Assembly (NCBI RefSeq): GCF_000315625.1 | Contig: NW_005434590.1 | Location: forward strand, 364,786-410,101 | Direction: 5' to 3' | Length of the DNA: 45,316 nucleotides | Source: Guillardia theta CCMP2712 | Taxonomy: Eukaryota; Protista; Cryptophyta | Shown here: positions 45,134 to 45,316 of the stretch, piece after piece | Layout: every line of letters begins with the position of its first letter | How positions within the stretch are numbered: position 1 is the stretch's first letter | Program-made: the position numbers and the translations under genes | The notes under the pieces: model-generated | What the model saw: only the letters and a program-made list of their open reading frames with translations | What the model was told of the DNA's origin: nothing | Databases searched by the model: none

Positions 45134-45316
45134 TTTAGGGTTTGGGGTTTAGGGTTTGGGGTTTAGGGTTTGGGGTTTAGGGTTTGGGGTTTAGGGTTTG
45201 GGGTTTAGGGTTTGGGGTTTAGGGTTTGGGGTTTAGGGTTTAAGGTTTAGGGGTTAAGGGTTAGGGTTTAAGGGTTAGGGGTTTAGATTTAGGGGTTTGG
45301 GGTTTAGGGTTAGGGG
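45118..45316 (+). repeat. Telomere-type repeat array: (TTTAGGG TTTGGGG)x7 then degenerate TTAGGG/TTAAGGG units
   Basis: Perfect 14-mers start at 45134, 45148 .. 45218; G-rich strand points to the window end. Confidence 0.92.

Overview
Eukaryotic nuclear DNA: short GT-AG spliceosomal introns (about 45-100 nt) plus long microsatellite-filled introns, three ~100-N gaps and a telomere-type repeat at the right end. Gene style suggests a cryptophyte alga (Hanusia/Guillardia-like); this is inference, not proven. Confident genes: intronless S-adenosylmethionine synthetase (13556-14737 +), RNA polymerase I subunit RPA12 (34425-35378 -), two PDZ proteins, an ARM-repeat protein, a large TPR protein, a Cys-rich/HAD-like protein and several hypotheticals. 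The most striking gene (about 39450-42563 -) is a GluR0-like ligand-gated channel with a K+ selectivity filter (TVGYGD), a third TM helix, a C-terminal EF-hand, and Leu in place of the amino-acid-binding Arg. The last 2.3 kb looks like a decayed non-LTR retroelement bracketed by telomere-type repeats. Intergenic DNA has a recurring grammar: GC/CCGG islands, polarised ACCCC/GGGGT blocks, and exact 12-21 nt motifs, one found three times and twice just upstream of a predicted start codon. All spliced models were built by eye and need RNA-seq confirmation.
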